The notes: generated from the letters alone by a model not told the origin. A DNA stretch of 64,000 bases from Candidatus Latescibacterota bacterium (GCA_965223905.1 CBDCXV010000011.1:1344001-1408000), one strand, 5' to 3'; positions 41,555 through 52,018 are shown, counted from the stretch's first letter. Numbers and translations are program-made.

Positions 41555-42051
41555 TTGGGTCCTCCTGTCGCTTCGGTATATGTCACGGGACGGGTCAGGG
41601 ATCCGGCAGGGGGGATTTCCACCCTGTCGAGGCCCGGCGCCAAATGTACGCAACCGATGCCGGAAGACCGGATTAGCCAGCGGCGGGTGCCTCCCGAGCC
41701 GGCATTGCTAGAATTGAAGTCGGACGGATCAGGAGCAGGCACTCCGACCGCCGAAAATCAATGGAATTATAGAAAAATTCCTGATTCCGCTTGATGAATT
41801 TGAGTATTGGTATGCCGGTTAGCCGTAAACCATGTCCTGGTTCTGCATGGACCCGTCGGCTTCTTGACTGCACGGGACATTGACAAGAATCCCATGATAC
41901 TTGCCCCCGGAGGGGGAGCGGTCATCCTGGTCCTGCCTGCGAAGTCATGTGCACTGAATATCCCTGAGGAATCGTTGATGGTCTTGAGCGCCTACAGGTC
42001 CTATGTCAGGTCAGCGCATCAGCCTGACGGATCCTTACGACGCCTTCGTCA

Positions 42052-42081
42052 TTGACAGTTGACAGCGAAGTCCTATATATT
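42052..42081 (+). promoter_or_regulatory. Sigma70-like promoter of the low-GC islet
   Basis: TTGACA-N18-TATATT, with a second TTGACA at 42059. Confidence 0.5.
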
Positions 42082-42373
42082 AAAGACTGCTTGGTCCTCC
42101 TAACGTGTTGGTAGGCAATTGGTTACAACAGGAGTCCGCCATGGTGGAGCAGCCAACTACCCCAAAGGTACCCCGACTGGGAGAAGAGGAGGGAAAGCCG
42201 GAGCAGTCCATGAAGGTAAACGACAACCCCGGTTAGGTTGGCCGGGCAACCTTCGCCATGCCCGGCTTCCGGATCCGTCACACAGGATCCGAAACCAGCC
42301 GAAGGAAAAAGCCCAAGACTAATGAGGTATCATCACCTACAGTGAGACTAAATGTCAACGGAGGGATAGCAAA

Positions 42374-42913
42374 ATGGCCGAACAAGTGCAAATCCCTTAC
42401 GTCTCCGATGTCACGAGACAAACCGCTTGGGAGCAAATGTGGGACATTGATAGGTACATTCGATACTATGGTATTCTTGCGGTTCGAAATCAGCGCAAAC
42501 ATAATTGGTTGCGTCTAGGGCTGATTGTTTTTGCGACTGCCGGTAGTCTCATTGCCTTTACCGAATCCTATCTATGGCTAACTCCTATTCTCATTGGGGC
42601 AATGACAGCCGCTTATACCGTGTGGGATCAAATAGCTGCATATCAAATGAGATCACAAGCGGCTTCAACCATTAAGCGAGAGCTGAATGAGTTATCAATC
42701 CAATACAGGTCCCTGTGGAACGCCATCGAGACCTATGACATTCTTGATTCAGAAGTAAGGCGTCAACTAGTAGCATTACATGAGAAAGAAACACAGATAA
42801 CAAGCCGTGGAGATTTACAGGGGTTACATACGAATAACAGACTGAATAAAAAATGTTCCCAACAGGCATTTGACCTAATTGGCAATCAGGTAGAATCACC
42901 CAATGCCGCCTGA
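42374..42913 (+). CDS. SLATT-like two-TM protein
   Basis: N-terminal helix, two hydrophobic segments, then coiled helices; low GC; GGAGG RBS. Confidence 0.6.
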   Translation: MAEQVQIPYVSDVTRQTAWEQMWDIDRYIRYYGILAVRNQRKHNWLRLGLIVFATAGSLIAFTESYLWLTPILIGAMTAAYTVWDQIAAYQMRSQAASTIKRELNELSIQYRSLWNAIETYDILDSEVRRQLVALHEKETQITSRGDLQGLHTNNRLNKKCSQQAFDLIGNQVESPNAA

Positions 42914-43043
42914 AAGAAGATTTGCGGGCCCTCCAAGACCCATTAAACCTCCTTCTGCCCCTCCACGCCCACAACCTCCTGCCAATCCTCAACCAGCGCA
43001 AAAACCTCCTCCTAAGCAGGACCCACCAAAACCGAAGGAATAA
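42903..43043 (+). CDS. 46-aa proline-rich peptide (absent from the ORF track)
   Basis: MPPERRFAGPPRPIKPPSAPPRPQPPANPQPAQKPPPKQDPPKPKE; ATG overlaps the end of the 2TM gene. Confidence 0.5.
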   Translation: MPPERRFAGPPRPIKPPSAPPRPQPPANPQPAQKPPPKQDPPKPKE

Positions 43044-43048
43044 CTGAA

Positions 43049-43324
43049 TTGGACGTAGATGACTCCAAATTAGTTCCATACATGAATGAAGTATGTGTAG
43101 GAAGGAATTGGCCGGAGAAGAAGAAGGCTCTGGAAGAGAGCGAGATAGCGGAAAGTCTTGTTGTATCGACAAGCAAATACGGGGACTGGTGCCATCTCCT
43201 GCTTATATTGAAGGATCGATCAATACGGCGTATTCGCATTCAAAGTAGTGATCTCAGTAGTGATCTCAGAAAAAGAAATGCACTTGAGTTTGTAAACGAT
43301 CTCAGGTGGTGTCTTTTGGGTTGA
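43049..43324 (+). CDS. Hypothetical protein or gene fragment
   Basis: Low-GC 91-aa ORF directly after the peptide; no motif recognised. Confidence 0.3.
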   Translation: MDVDDSKLVPYMNEVCVGRNWPEKKKALEESEIAESLVVSTSKYGDWCHLLLILKDRSIRRIRIQSSDLSSDLRKRNALEFVNDLRWCLLG

Positions 43325-43508
43325 TCTAATCGGCGCTTGTAGTCCCCGATCTCCAAAGCCCCCTCGATTTCAATCGAGCGGGCTTTTCTTGTGCTGTTCA
43401 TTTCAACCGAGATGAGATCCTGCCGGACCCGTGACGACTGCGCCGCTCCCCACGGGACGAACATCTCCCGGTCGATCTGGTGCGCAACAGCCGTGAATGG
43501 GCACCCGC

Positions 43509-46500
43509 TCAACCGGAGGCGTCCGCTTCCCTTTCGATTGCGGCCTGCTCGATTCGCATGCGGCGGTTTCCGGTCTCGTACGCCGCCAGGCCCCGCACCG
43601 GTTCGTCGGGGCCGCGGCCGAGCCGGCCCCTGACGGTTACCCCGCCCGGCAATCGGAAGGAGTACCCGACCGGACCGTTCCCCGGTTCCGGGGATATGGT
43701 CCTTGCCGGAGGCTCCGGCCTGCCCTGGGGAATGACCCGGTAGCGTTGCCCCGCCACGGTTGCGAAACGCAGCAGGTCCCCTTCCAGCAGAGTTCCGACC
43801 CCGGCGGCCTCCCCTCTTCCTTCCGGCACAGTCACCTCAGCTGCGGAGTCTCCTTCTCCGGCCCCTGCATCGGTTTGCAGACAGGGTCCGCCCGTAGCGT
43901 CACCTTCCCCTGCCAAGGTCTCGTTGGCCGCCGCCTCCCCTTCCAGCAGGGTTTCGTCCCCGGCGGCACCCCCCCTTTCTTCCAGCAAGCTGTCCCCCGC
44001 GGCGTCCTCCCCTGCTCCGTCCGGCATGTTCCCGTCAGTTGCGGCCGCCCCTTCCCCATCCGGTATGGACCCGGCCGCGTCGGCGTCCCCGGCGGCCTTC
44101 CCTTCCCCGGCCCCGCTCAGCAGACACGGCCCACCCCAGGGATTGCGCAGGCGGCACTCCTCCCCGAGCCGCGACTCGATCTCGACGAGCTCCACCTCCC
44201 CCTTGCGGATCGACGACGTAACCAGGAAACCGCCCCGGGCCAGCAGGCGGAACGAGGCCTCCCATTCCTTCGGCCAGGCCGGAAACACGCTGATGACCTC
44301 CGGCTCCCCGGGCCGCGGGGACACGCTCTGCATCAGCCCCTGCTGCAAGGTCCCGGCCGCCATCCCGGAGGGCTCGAGGCCCATCGACTGGATCCCCTGC
44401 TCGAAGCAGCTGAGACCGTTGGCGAGGTAGGGCCTGTACACGCTGTAGTGGGCGGCGAGCAGGGCGGGCAGCTCCTCGCCGCGGCCGGCCAGGGGAAAAG
44501 CGATCGGGGTGCGCACCAGCGACGGCCGCCAGTGCCTGCCGGTCATCGCCTTGCGGTGGTTGGGGCAGAGGTCGAGCAGCCGCCGCACCATCGCCGCTTG
44601 CGCATCGTCGCCGCTTTCCAGGGTCCAGGCCTCGAAGGTCTCGACCGGGTGCGCCCAGACGTCCTCGCTCGGGAAGTCCTCCCCGGGGACGTCGATATGG
44701 CCGAGGTGGCCGGCGGCCCAGACGTCGTCGGCCAGGGTTCCGAAGGTCAGGGCCCTCGACTCCGGGTCGCTCCCCATCGGGTAGGGGGCGAGGTGCTCCA
44801 GCAGGTCCCGCCAGCGCTCCCGCAGGCCGGCGTCGACCCCGAGGATCTCCGCGGCGCGGATGGCGGGCCCGGCGATGCCGCGGATCGCCGCCAGGTCCTT
44901 GAGGCTGTCCTTCACCAGGTAGAAGGACTCCATGACGTTGGTCCCCTCCAGGTGGTAGAGGCCGTCCTCCTCCTTGACGGCGAGGTGCCGGTAGAGCTCG
45001 GCGGCGCCGCGCAGCAGCGGATACGCCCTGTCGCGCAGCCAGTCCTGGTCGCCGGTGCGGCGGTACCGCCACCAGGCGTGCAAGGCGATCTTGCTGCCTG
45101 TCGAGACGATGTGGCCAATGGCGGCGAACGGCCGCAGTCCCCGGCGCGCCTCCTCCTCCTTGTTGCCGTCGAACGCCGAGCTGTAGTAGAGGTGGGAGTC
45201 GTGCTGGCAGAGGACGCGGGTGCGCGCCGACAGGGTGCCGCTGCCGGCCCTGCCGAGGAAGTAGCCGCGGAACTCCCGGGCGCACTCTTCGGGCACCAGC
45301 ACCGGTCCGTCCGCGGGGCTGGTCTCGGGGAACAGGGCGCCTGCCGCCACCCCCCAGCGCTGCCGGGCCGCCTCCTCGCACAGGGGCAGCTGGCGCGAGT
45401 ACATGTCGAAGTAGGGCTCGCACAGGTCGACGGCGTCGGCGGCCTGGAGCGGCCGGTACATCATCTCGACGATCCAGTGCCAGAGCTGGGTGCCGAGATG
45501 GGGGATGTCCCCCTCGGTCTGGAAGATCAGTCCGGCCCCCTGCGGCACCGGACCGGGGCCGCGCGACGAGGAGGCGGCGTAGTACAGGTGCAGGGTGCGG
45601 ACGCGCTCGAGGTAGTCGGCGAAGCCGTCGTCGCTGGTCAGGTGCACGAAGGACCGCGACCAGAACCGGTGCCACCATGCCGCGTGCTCCTCCCGCAGCG
45701 ACTCCCAGGAGAGGCCGGCCGCGGCGTCGAGCAGCTCCAGGGCCTTTTCGCCGGTGCCCCCGGCGTCCGGGCCTGCTGTCGCAGCGCTGGAGACGAGCAC
45801 CGTGCGGACTCCGTTCGCCGCAGGGAGAACCAGGGTGCGCGCCTCGGGCCGGCCCTTGGAGATCGCCTCGCGCTCGTTGGTGATACCGAGCGGCTTCTCG
45901 TCCCACAGCAAGGCCGCCGGCTTCCAGGCCGCCTCGTGCGCCTCGACCCGGGGCTCGGCCCCGGGGACCGCGACCGCAACCGCGGACCCGGCGCGGTACT
46001 CCTCGTCGCGGAAGAACCGCTTCTCCTCGAACTCCTGCACCACCAGCAGCTTGCCGTCCGGGTCTGAGAACCGGTAGCGGGCCGTGTGCACCCCGGTCTC
46101 GATCTCCTCAGGGATCCAGCGCTTGGCGTTCCAGAGATTGAGGGGCGTGATCACCTCTGGAGCCCGCCACATCGACAGGGTCACGCGGATTTCCCGAGGC
46201 CGCGGGCGCCGGTCGTCGACCTCTACGGCCAGCAGGTCGCGGGCCGAGGAGAGGAAGCAGCGCACCTGCACCCCGCCGCCGGAGAGGACGCACTCGGCGT
46301 CGTACAGGGAGAGGTGCTGGCGGAAGGCATCTCCGACAGCGAACGCCTCGCCGCCCACATCCACCTCGAGGCGGGCGCAGCCGCCGCGGTAGTCGACGGG
46401 GCTGCGGTGCGCGCCGGCGTGGTTGCGGTCCGAGGAGAAGAGGTCGCGCCGGTTGAGGTGGAAGCGCACCGAGTCCGGGGTCGTCCAGACTGTCGTCCCC

Positions 46501-46613
46501 ATCATGCCGTTGCCGATCGGGGTCCCGTCGATCGACACCTCCGCGGGGCTGTGGTAGACGAGGTCGGCGCACGAGACCAGGGCGCGGTAATCGACTGCGA
46601 TCCCGTCAACCAT
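43509..46613 (-). CDS. GH95-like/DUF5703 six-hairpin glycosidase-like protein
   Basis: PIGNGMMG N-terminal motif; EEHAAWWHRFW; WLRDRAYPLLRG; LMQS...VFPAWPKEW...LLARGGFLV tail. Confidence 0.75.
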   Translation of the reverse strand: MVDGIAVDYRALVSCADLVYHSPAEVSIDGTPIGNGMMGTTVWTTPDSVRFHLNRRDLFSSDRNHAGAHRSPVDYRGGCARLEVDVGGEAFAVGDAFRQHLSLYDAECVLSGGGVQVRCFLSSARDLLAVEVDDRRPRPREIRVTLSMWRAPEVITPLNLWNAKRWIPEEIETGVHTARYRFSDPDGKLLVVQEFEEKRFFRDEEYRAGSAVAVAVPGAEPRVEAHEAAWKPAALLWDEKPLGITNEREAISKGRPEARTLVLPAANGVRTVLVSSAATAGPDAGGTGEKALELLDAAAGLSWESLREEHAAWWHRFWSRSFVHLTSDDGFADYLERVRTLHLYYAASSSRGPGPVPQGAGLIFQTEGDIPHLGTQLWHWIVEMMYRPLQAADAVDLCEPYFDMYSRQLPLCEEAARQRWGVAAGALFPETSPADGPVLVPEECAREFRGYFLGRAGSGTLSARTRVLCQHDSHLYYSSAFDGNKEEEARRGLRPFAAIGHIVSTGSKIALHAWWRYRRTGDQDWLRDRAYPLLRGAAELYRHLAVKEEDGLYHLEGTNVMESFYLVKDSLKDLAAIRGIAGPAIRAAEILGVDAGLRERWRDLLEHLAPYPMGSDPESRALTFGTLADDVWAAGHLGHIDVPGEDFPSEDVWAHPVETFEAWTLESGDDAQAAMVRRLLDLCPNHRKAMTGRHWRPSLVRTPIAFPLAGRGEELPALLAAHYSVYRPYLANGLSCFEQGIQSMGLEPSGMAAGTLQQGLMQSVSPRPGEPEVISVFPAWPKEWEASFRLLARGGFLVTSSIRKGEVELVEIESRLGEECRLRNPWGGPCLLSGAGEGKAAGDADAAGSIPDGEGAAATDGNMPDGAGEDAAGDSLLEERGGAAGDETLLEGEAAANETLAGEGDATGGPCLQTDAGAGEGDSAAEVTVPEGRGEAAGVGTLLEGDLLRFATVAGQRYRVIPQGRPEPPARTISPEPGNGPVGYSFRLPGGVTVRGRLGRGPDEPVRGLAAYETGNRRMRIEQAAIEREADASG

Positions 46614-46997
46614 CCGGGGTGTTCCGGGGCGGGGATACGGCTGAAGATTTACCCATCCCGGGCCCGTGGAGCTCTGGTTTTCACTTCCCCCCGGCTGACC
46701 GTGGGGCTTTGCTTCGATGGGTCGCGTGCCGTATCGGGACATTTCTAAAGGTGTTATCCTTCCTTTGGTCCGGATTGGGGAAATCGGAGTTCGGCGGTTT
46801 CGCCCCTCCAGTCACACTGAAGCGTTTTCCGGCTTGATCTTTTCCCGGAGGAGCTCGATCCGGATGCCATCCCAACTCGATCACTCCTTTCAAACAATGC
46901 CTTCTCCGGCGCAACCAAAAACCGGTCGATGGTTCCTCTGCAAGCCAGCCCGCAGGCCGGCAGCCCGGAGGGAGAACCGGCCGACAGGGACCACGCC

Positions 46998-48221
46998 ATG
47001 AACAGGGACGAGCTTCACGCCAAAGCGGTCCGCCTGGAGCGGGAGCTTCGGGAGACCCGCGAACTTCTGCGCCGGGCCTGCCACGACCCCGGTGCTTTCA
47101 CCGCGGAGCTGGTGCGCACTCGCGCCTACGCTTTCAACGCCGCACGACCGGTCGCCGAGGTGGTGAGCGGTTGTGCCGATTCCCTGGACCGGTACGGGTT
47201 CTGCGTCATCGACAAGGTGATCCCGGACGGGGAGGTGGAGGCCATCCGGGAGGAGGTGGCAGCGGCCCGGGACGTCATCTCCCGCAACATCCAGGCGATC
47301 AGAGAGCTTTCTGATAAAGATGCGCCGCCGGAAGGCGCCGTAGGGGGAGTGGAGCTGCGCCCGGTGCGCCGCCTCGGGCACCCGCCCAAACCTCCCAACG
47401 ACATCGTCCGGATGCCCCGCTTCGCCCGCCATCTGGCTTCCCCGGTTGTAACCGCCCTGGCGCGCTGCGTCCTCGACGACCACCTGCGCATCGCCCAGCT
47501 GCATCCGCGCATCGTCGAGGCGGGCAAGCCCGACGCAACCGGGGTGGCGGCCCACCGGGAACACCCCGTCGTGCGCGGATGGCACACGGACTGGCCCCAC
47601 GACCTGTCGGCCTACGGCATGGGATCTCCCCTGGAAAACGCCGGCTGCATCCGCCAGCCTTTCCCGGACGTAACCATGTGTCTGGTGATGATCTGGTATC
47701 TCACCGACGTCGATGAAAACTCCGGCGGCACCTGGGCTGTCCCCGGATCGCACAAGGACAAACGCAACCCGCGCGGCCCCGGCGACGGCATCATGGTCAC
47801 CGCTCCGATCCCCGGTGACATGCAAGTGAGGGCGAAGGCCGGATCGGTCTATATCCAGGACTCCCGTACCTGGCATGCCTCCCCCCGGTACAACCGCAGC
47901 GGCCGGGACCGGGTGGCCATGGTGACCCGCTGGTGTCCCTGGTGGTTGTCGGTCGACGACTACGCCCCGGGCGATGCCTTCAGCACCAGCATCGTCTGCC
48001 GGCCGCTCTCCCACGAGGAGTATCTCGCCCTGCCTGAGGCCCTGCGGCCGCTGATGAGGCACCTCTGTCCCGGTGAGCGGGACACCCTGCAGCAGCCGGT
48101 GCTCGACCGCTCCGAGGCGGCCCATCGTCAGAACCAGCGGGGATTCCGCCTGCTGGAGGAAAACCCGCAAGCCCTGGCACAGGCCAACGCCCACATCCGG
48201 GTCCCGGTGGAGGATCGGTGA
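46998..48221 (+). CDS. Phytanoyl-CoA dioxygenase (PhyH) family protein
   Basis: WHTD, GGTWAVPGSHK and DSRTWH motifs. Confidence 0.88.
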   Translation: MNRDELHAKAVRLERELRETRELLRRACHDPGAFTAELVRTRAYAFNAARPVAEVVSGCADSLDRYGFCVIDKVIPDGEVEAIREEVAAARDVISRNIQAIRELSDKDAPPEGAVGGVELRPVRRLGHPPKPPNDIVRMPRFARHLASPVVTALARCVLDDHLRIAQLHPRIVEAGKPDATGVAAHREHPVVRGWHTDWPHDLSAYGMGSPLENAGCIRQPFPDVTMCLVMIWYLTDVDENSGGTWAVPGSHKDKRNPRGPGDGIMVTAPIPGDMQVRAKAGSVYIQDSRTWHASPRYNRSGRDRVAMVTRWCPWWLSVDDYAPGDAFSTSIVCRPLSHEEYLALPEALRPLMRHLCPGERDTLQQPVLDRSEAAHRQNQRGFRLLEENPQALAQANAHIRVPVEDR

Positions 48222-48243
48222 CGCCGGGGGAGCGAGAGTGCGC

Positions 48244-48609
48244 ATGAGCCGCAAGAGCGAAACCTGCTTCGGCAGCCGGACAGCCGGGCCGCTGACCGAG
48301 TACGACTCGGAATTCGACGCCCGGGAAGCGGCCGAGTACGCCAACAGCCGCTACCGCAGGAACCTGGCCCCGTACCGGTGCGACCGCTGCGGCATGTGGC
48401 ATCTCGCACCCGGCAGCAGGAACACCCCGAGCCGGCCGTGCGGCTACTGCACCGGCAGGGACGGCCTGCCCAAGGAGTCCTACCGCAGCCGCGAGGCCGC
48501 GGCCCTCCGGGCGGAGATCCTGCGCAAGGAAGAAGGGGCTTCGCTGCAGGTGTACGCCTGCCAGTACGGCGACGGCTGGCACCTCACCGGCAGCCGCCGG
48601 CGGCCTTGA
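48244..48609 (+). CDS. Small protein with duplicated putative Zn-binding module
   Basis: C...Y.S...A...YRCDRCGMWHL and C...YRS...A...YACQYGDGWHL. Confidence 0.65.
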   Translation: MSRKSETCFGSRTAGPLTEYDSEFDAREAAEYANSRYRRNLAPYRCDRCGMWHLAPGSRNTPSRPCGYCTGRDGLPKESYRSREAAALRAEILRKEEGASLQVYACQYGDGWHLTGSRRRP

Positions 48610-48646
48610 GGGGCGTCACCAAGTTTCACCGGAACGGAAAATCATC

Positions 48647-49417
48647 ATGCCCCCCGATATCGACCGCTGCGTCGAGGAAGTCCTGACCAGGGGCCACTGC
48701 CTGCTTGAGAACCAGTTTCCCCGCGACGCCGTCGAGGCCTGCCGCGCCGGGTTTCTCCCCCTTCTCCAGGAGGTGGCCCGCCGCATCCCGGAAGGGAACC
48801 GCGGCCCCAACCGCTGGGCCATCGGCCTGCCGTTCGCGCCCCCCTTCTATCACTCCGCCTTCTTTCTGGACGAGACCGTCAACCGGATCTGCAGCCGCAT
48901 CCTCGGGGACGACATGCACGTCGTCTACTACGGCACCGACACCCCGGTCGCCGGCTCGGGGTATCAGAAGGTCCACGCCGACATACCGATGCTGTTCCCG
49001 GAGGACCCGGCCCACAGGCATCCCCCCGCGACCCTGTCGGTGCGCTTCACCTTCGGCGACATGACGATGGAGAACGGGCCTTTCGAAGTGGCACCGGGTA
49101 TGCAGCACCTGCCGCGGCAGGAGACGCTCGCCCGGCTGGAATCAGGGGACCTGCCGCTCGAACCGCTGCTGCTAAAGGTCGGGGACGTGATCGTGTCGGA
49201 CGCCCGCACTCCGCATCGAGGCACCCCCAACCATACCAGCGAGCCGCGGCCGTTCGCCGTCATCGTATACAACCGCTCCTGGTACTTCACCGAGTCTATG
49301 GACGCCCGCGAGCTGGAGGCCAACGAGAAAACTCCGAGGCTCACCGAGTCCTTCTACCGGTCACTGTCGGAGAAGGAGCAGTTCCTGCTGCGCCGGCTGA
49401 GGCGGGAGCGGGAGTAG
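48647..49417 (+). CDS. PhyH-family dioxygenase
   Basis: HAD, ENGPFEVAPG and DARTPHRGTPN motifs. Confidence 0.88.
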   Translation: MPPDIDRCVEEVLTRGHCLLENQFPRDAVEACRAGFLPLLQEVARRIPEGNRGPNRWAIGLPFAPPFYHSAFFLDETVNRICSRILGDDMHVVYYGTDTPVAGSGYQKVHADIPMLFPEDPAHRHPPATLSVRFTFGDMTMENGPFEVAPGMQHLPRQETLARLESGDLPLEPLLLKVGDVIVSDARTPHRGTPNHTSEPRPFAVIVYNRSWYFTESMDARELEANEKTPRLTESFYRSLSEKEQFLLRRLRRERE

Positions 49418-49443
49418 GTTTTTCTGAGGCGGCCCGAAGGACT

Positions 49444-50415
49444 TCAGTGGACCTTGCGGGCGCGGTAGTCGGCCATGACCTGCTCGGTGCGGCGCAGGAG
49501 GTGCTCGTCCTTCTCGCTGCGCACCGCGGTCGGGTCCATCCCCGACCAGTCGTAGTACCCCTTGCCCGACTTCAGTCCCGTGTCGCCGCGCTCGACCATG
49601 GCCCTGAGATAGGCCAGGGCTTCCTCCCAGCCCCCGAGGTGTCTCCACAGGTGGCCGGCCACGTTCACGTGCATCGCGAGCCCGTTGATGTCGCGCTGCT
49701 TGAGGGGGCCGGCGGTGGTGAACCGCGGGGCCAGGCCCAGCTCGACGGCCAGGTCGATGGACTCGGCGTCGGCCACGCCCGTGACCAGCAGGTTCACGGC
49801 TTCGCAGATCACGGCGTGCTGCAGGCGGTTGCACAGGAAGCCGGGCACGTCCTTCTCGACGCGCAGGGGGATCTTGTCCAGCCGCCGCCAGATCTCGCAG
49901 GAGCGGTCCATGGCCTCGTCCGAGGTCCTGTTCCCGCGGATGACCTCCAGGACGGGGACGATGTGGGCCGGCTGGAAGAAGTGGGAGCCGGCGATGCGGT
50001 CCGGGTGGGCCATGCGCTCGCCGAGCTGGGTGATGGGCAGGCCGGAGGTGTTGCTCGCCAGCACCGTGTCCCGGGGGGCCGCCGCGTCCATGCGCCGAAA
50101 GACCTCCTGCTTGGCCTCGAGGTTCTCCGTGATCGATTCGACGACGAACTGCGCGGTGCCGACGGCTTCCTCCAGCTCCGTGGTGGTGCGGATGCGGCCG
50201 CTCACGGCTTCGGCCGTCTCGCCCTTCAGAAGCTCGTGCCGCTGCAGGTCGCCGGCGCCCCGCCGGATGTTGTCCATGGCCTGGTCCAGGGTCTCCTGGC
50301 GCCGGCTCGCCAGCACCGTTTCCCGGCTGCCGAGGGCCAGCACCAGGGCGATCTGGCTGCCCATGAGGCCGCCTCCGACGACGGCCGACTTCTCGATAAA
50401 CAGATCCGGTTCCAT
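49444..50415 (-). CDS. 3-hydroxyacyl-CoA dehydrogenase family protein
   Basis: GGGLMG, SNTS, HFFQP, PGFLCNR and GLKSGKGYY motifs. Confidence 0.92.
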   Translation of the reverse strand: MEPDLFIEKSAVVGGGLMGSQIALVLALGSRETVLASRRQETLDQAMDNIRRGAGDLQRHELLKGETAEAVSGRIRTTTELEEAVGTAQFVVESITENLEAKQEVFRRMDAAAPRDTVLASNTSGLPITQLGERMAHPDRIAGSHFFQPAHIVPVLEVIRGNRTSDEAMDRSCEIWRRLDKIPLRVEKDVPGFLCNRLQHAVICEAVNLLVTGVADAESIDLAVELGLAPRFTTAGPLKQRDINGLAMHVNVAGHLWRHLGGWEEALAYLRAMVERGDTGLKSGKGYYDWSGMDPTAVRSEKDEHLLRRTEQVMADYRARKVH

Positions 50416-50447
50416 TCTCTTCCGCCTCCTTGTGCGGGTTCTCCTGC

Positions 50448-51794
50448 TCACCTTCCAGCGGCCGCCCCGCCGGCGCCGCGACCGGCGGCCGGAGCCTGGA
50501 GCGTGCCCTTGACGACATGCAGCGATTCCTCGGCCGCCTGAAGCGTGCGGTCGACGTCGCCGGCGCTGTGCGCCAGCGACAGGTAGAGCTTGCCCCCGGG
50601 GGTGACCAGGACGCCGCGGCGGATCATCTCCACGCCGAAGCGGCGGGCGGCCCCGGCGTCGGCTCTCAGCCCGTCGATGTGGTTGCGGACCGGCGCCTCG
50701 GTGAACACCGGCTGCAGCACCGGACCGTCGCCGATCACCTGAAAGGGGAGCTCCAGGCGCCGGCCGGCCTCCTCCAGGCCCTGCCGCAGGCGGTCGGAGA
50801 TCGCGAAAAGCCGCGGATAGACCCCCTCCTTCTCCAGCTCGTCCAGGGTCGCCAGGCCCGCGGCGCAGCCCACGGGATTGCCGTTCATGGTGCCGCTGGC
50901 GAAGACGTACCCGCTCTCCCCCTTGCGCCGGGGGTCGGCCAGGGCCATGACCTCCTCGCGGCCGCAGACCGCGGCGAGCGGATAGCCGCCGCTGATCGTC
51001 TTGCCGTACACGGCCAGGTCCGGGACCACGCCGTAGCGCTCCTGGGCGCCGCCCCAGGCGAGGCGGAAACCGGTGACGATCTCGTCGAAGATCAGCAGCA
51101 CGCCGTGGGACCGGGTCACCTCCCTCAACCTCTCCAGGAAGCCCGGCTCCGGGGGAATGGCCCGTTGCAGGGGCTCGACGATTACGGCGGCCAGCTCCCT
51201 TGCGTGCCCGGCCACAGTGAGGGCCGCGGCCTCTGGATCGTTGAAGGGGGAAACGAGAACGGTCCTCGATGCGGCCCCCGGGATCCCCGAGGAGTCGGGT
51301 ACGGGAGTCGGGTACTCCGCCGGGACGGAGGGGGCGGCGCTCTGCAGGGCGTAGTCGTGGGCCCCGTGCCATCCCCCCTCGAACTTGAGGACCTTCTCCC
51401 GGCCGGTGAAAGCCCGGGCCAGGCGCAGGGCGGTGAAGGTTCCCTCGGTTCCCGAGCTGCCGTAGCGCAGCAGTCCGCCGCAGGGAACGGCCTCGGTGAT
51501 GCGCCGCGCCAGGCGCAGGGCGGGCTCGTTGAGGCCGTAGAAGGTCGAACCCAGCCCCGCCTGCTCGCGCACCGCGGCGACCACCGCGGGGTGGGCGTGT
51601 CCCAGGATCAGCGGCCCCGAGCCGAGGACGTAGTCGATGTACTCCTTCCCGGCCACGTCCCAGATGCGGCTGCCCTCGCCCCGGTGGAACACCGCGGCGA
51701 CCTCGTCGGGGAGCCGGAACATCCCGAAGCAACCCCCCACCAGGACGCGCTCGGACAGCTCGATCAGACTCTGCTGCAGGCCGGCTCGCTCCAT
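50448..51794 (-). CDS. Class III aminotransferase (GSA-aminomutase-like)
   Basis: SGTEG, LIFDEIVTGFR, PDLAVYGK and GTMNGNP motifs. Confidence 0.92.
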   Translation of the reverse strand: MERAGLQQSLIELSERVLVGGCFGMFRLPDEVAAVFHRGEGSRIWDVAGKEYIDYVLGSGPLILGHAHPAVVAAVREQAGLGSTFYGLNEPALRLARRITEAVPCGGLLRYGSSGTEGTFTALRLARAFTGREKVLKFEGGWHGAHDYALQSAAPSVPAEYPTPVPDSSGIPGAASRTVLVSPFNDPEAAALTVAGHARELAAVIVEPLQRAIPPEPGFLERLREVTRSHGVLLIFDEIVTGFRLAWGGAQERYGVVPDLAVYGKTISGGYPLAAVCGREEVMALADPRRKGESGYVFASGTMNGNPVGCAAGLATLDELEKEGVYPRLFAISDRLRQGLEEAGRRLELPFQVIGDGPVLQPVFTEAPVRNHIDGLRADAGAARRFGVEMIRRGVLVTPGGKLYLSLAHSAGDVDRTLQAAEESLHVVKGTLQAPAAGRGAGGAAAGR

Positions 51795-51823
51795 CTGTTC
51801 ATCCCCTCCCGCGGCGGGCAGGC

Positions 51824-51972
51824 GCGACCGTTGCCCTCATCGTCTACAACCGCTCCCGGTTCATCTCGGTGCGATGAACATCCGCGAGCTCGAGGCCAAC
51901 CCCCGAGACTCAAGGAGTCCTTCTACCGGTCCCTGTCAGAGAAGGAGTATTCTGCTGCGCCGGCTAAAGCGG
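51824..51972 (+). pseudogene. Decayed copy of the 3' end of the 48647 PhyH gene
   Basis: Matches 49245-49407 (tcatcgt.tacaaccgctcc...gagtccttctaccggtc...gagaaggag) with small deletions. Confidence 0.8.
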
Positions 51973-52018
51973 CAGCCGGCGCAGTTTCACCTGAGGATCG
52001 ATCCCTCCCCCACCCGCC

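Noticed and set aside
50416-51732. Apparent 762-aa fusion with hydroxyacyl-CoA dehydrogenase
   Set aside because: The N-terminal part is a shadow frame of the aminotransferase; an AGGAGG RBS precedes ATG 50415.
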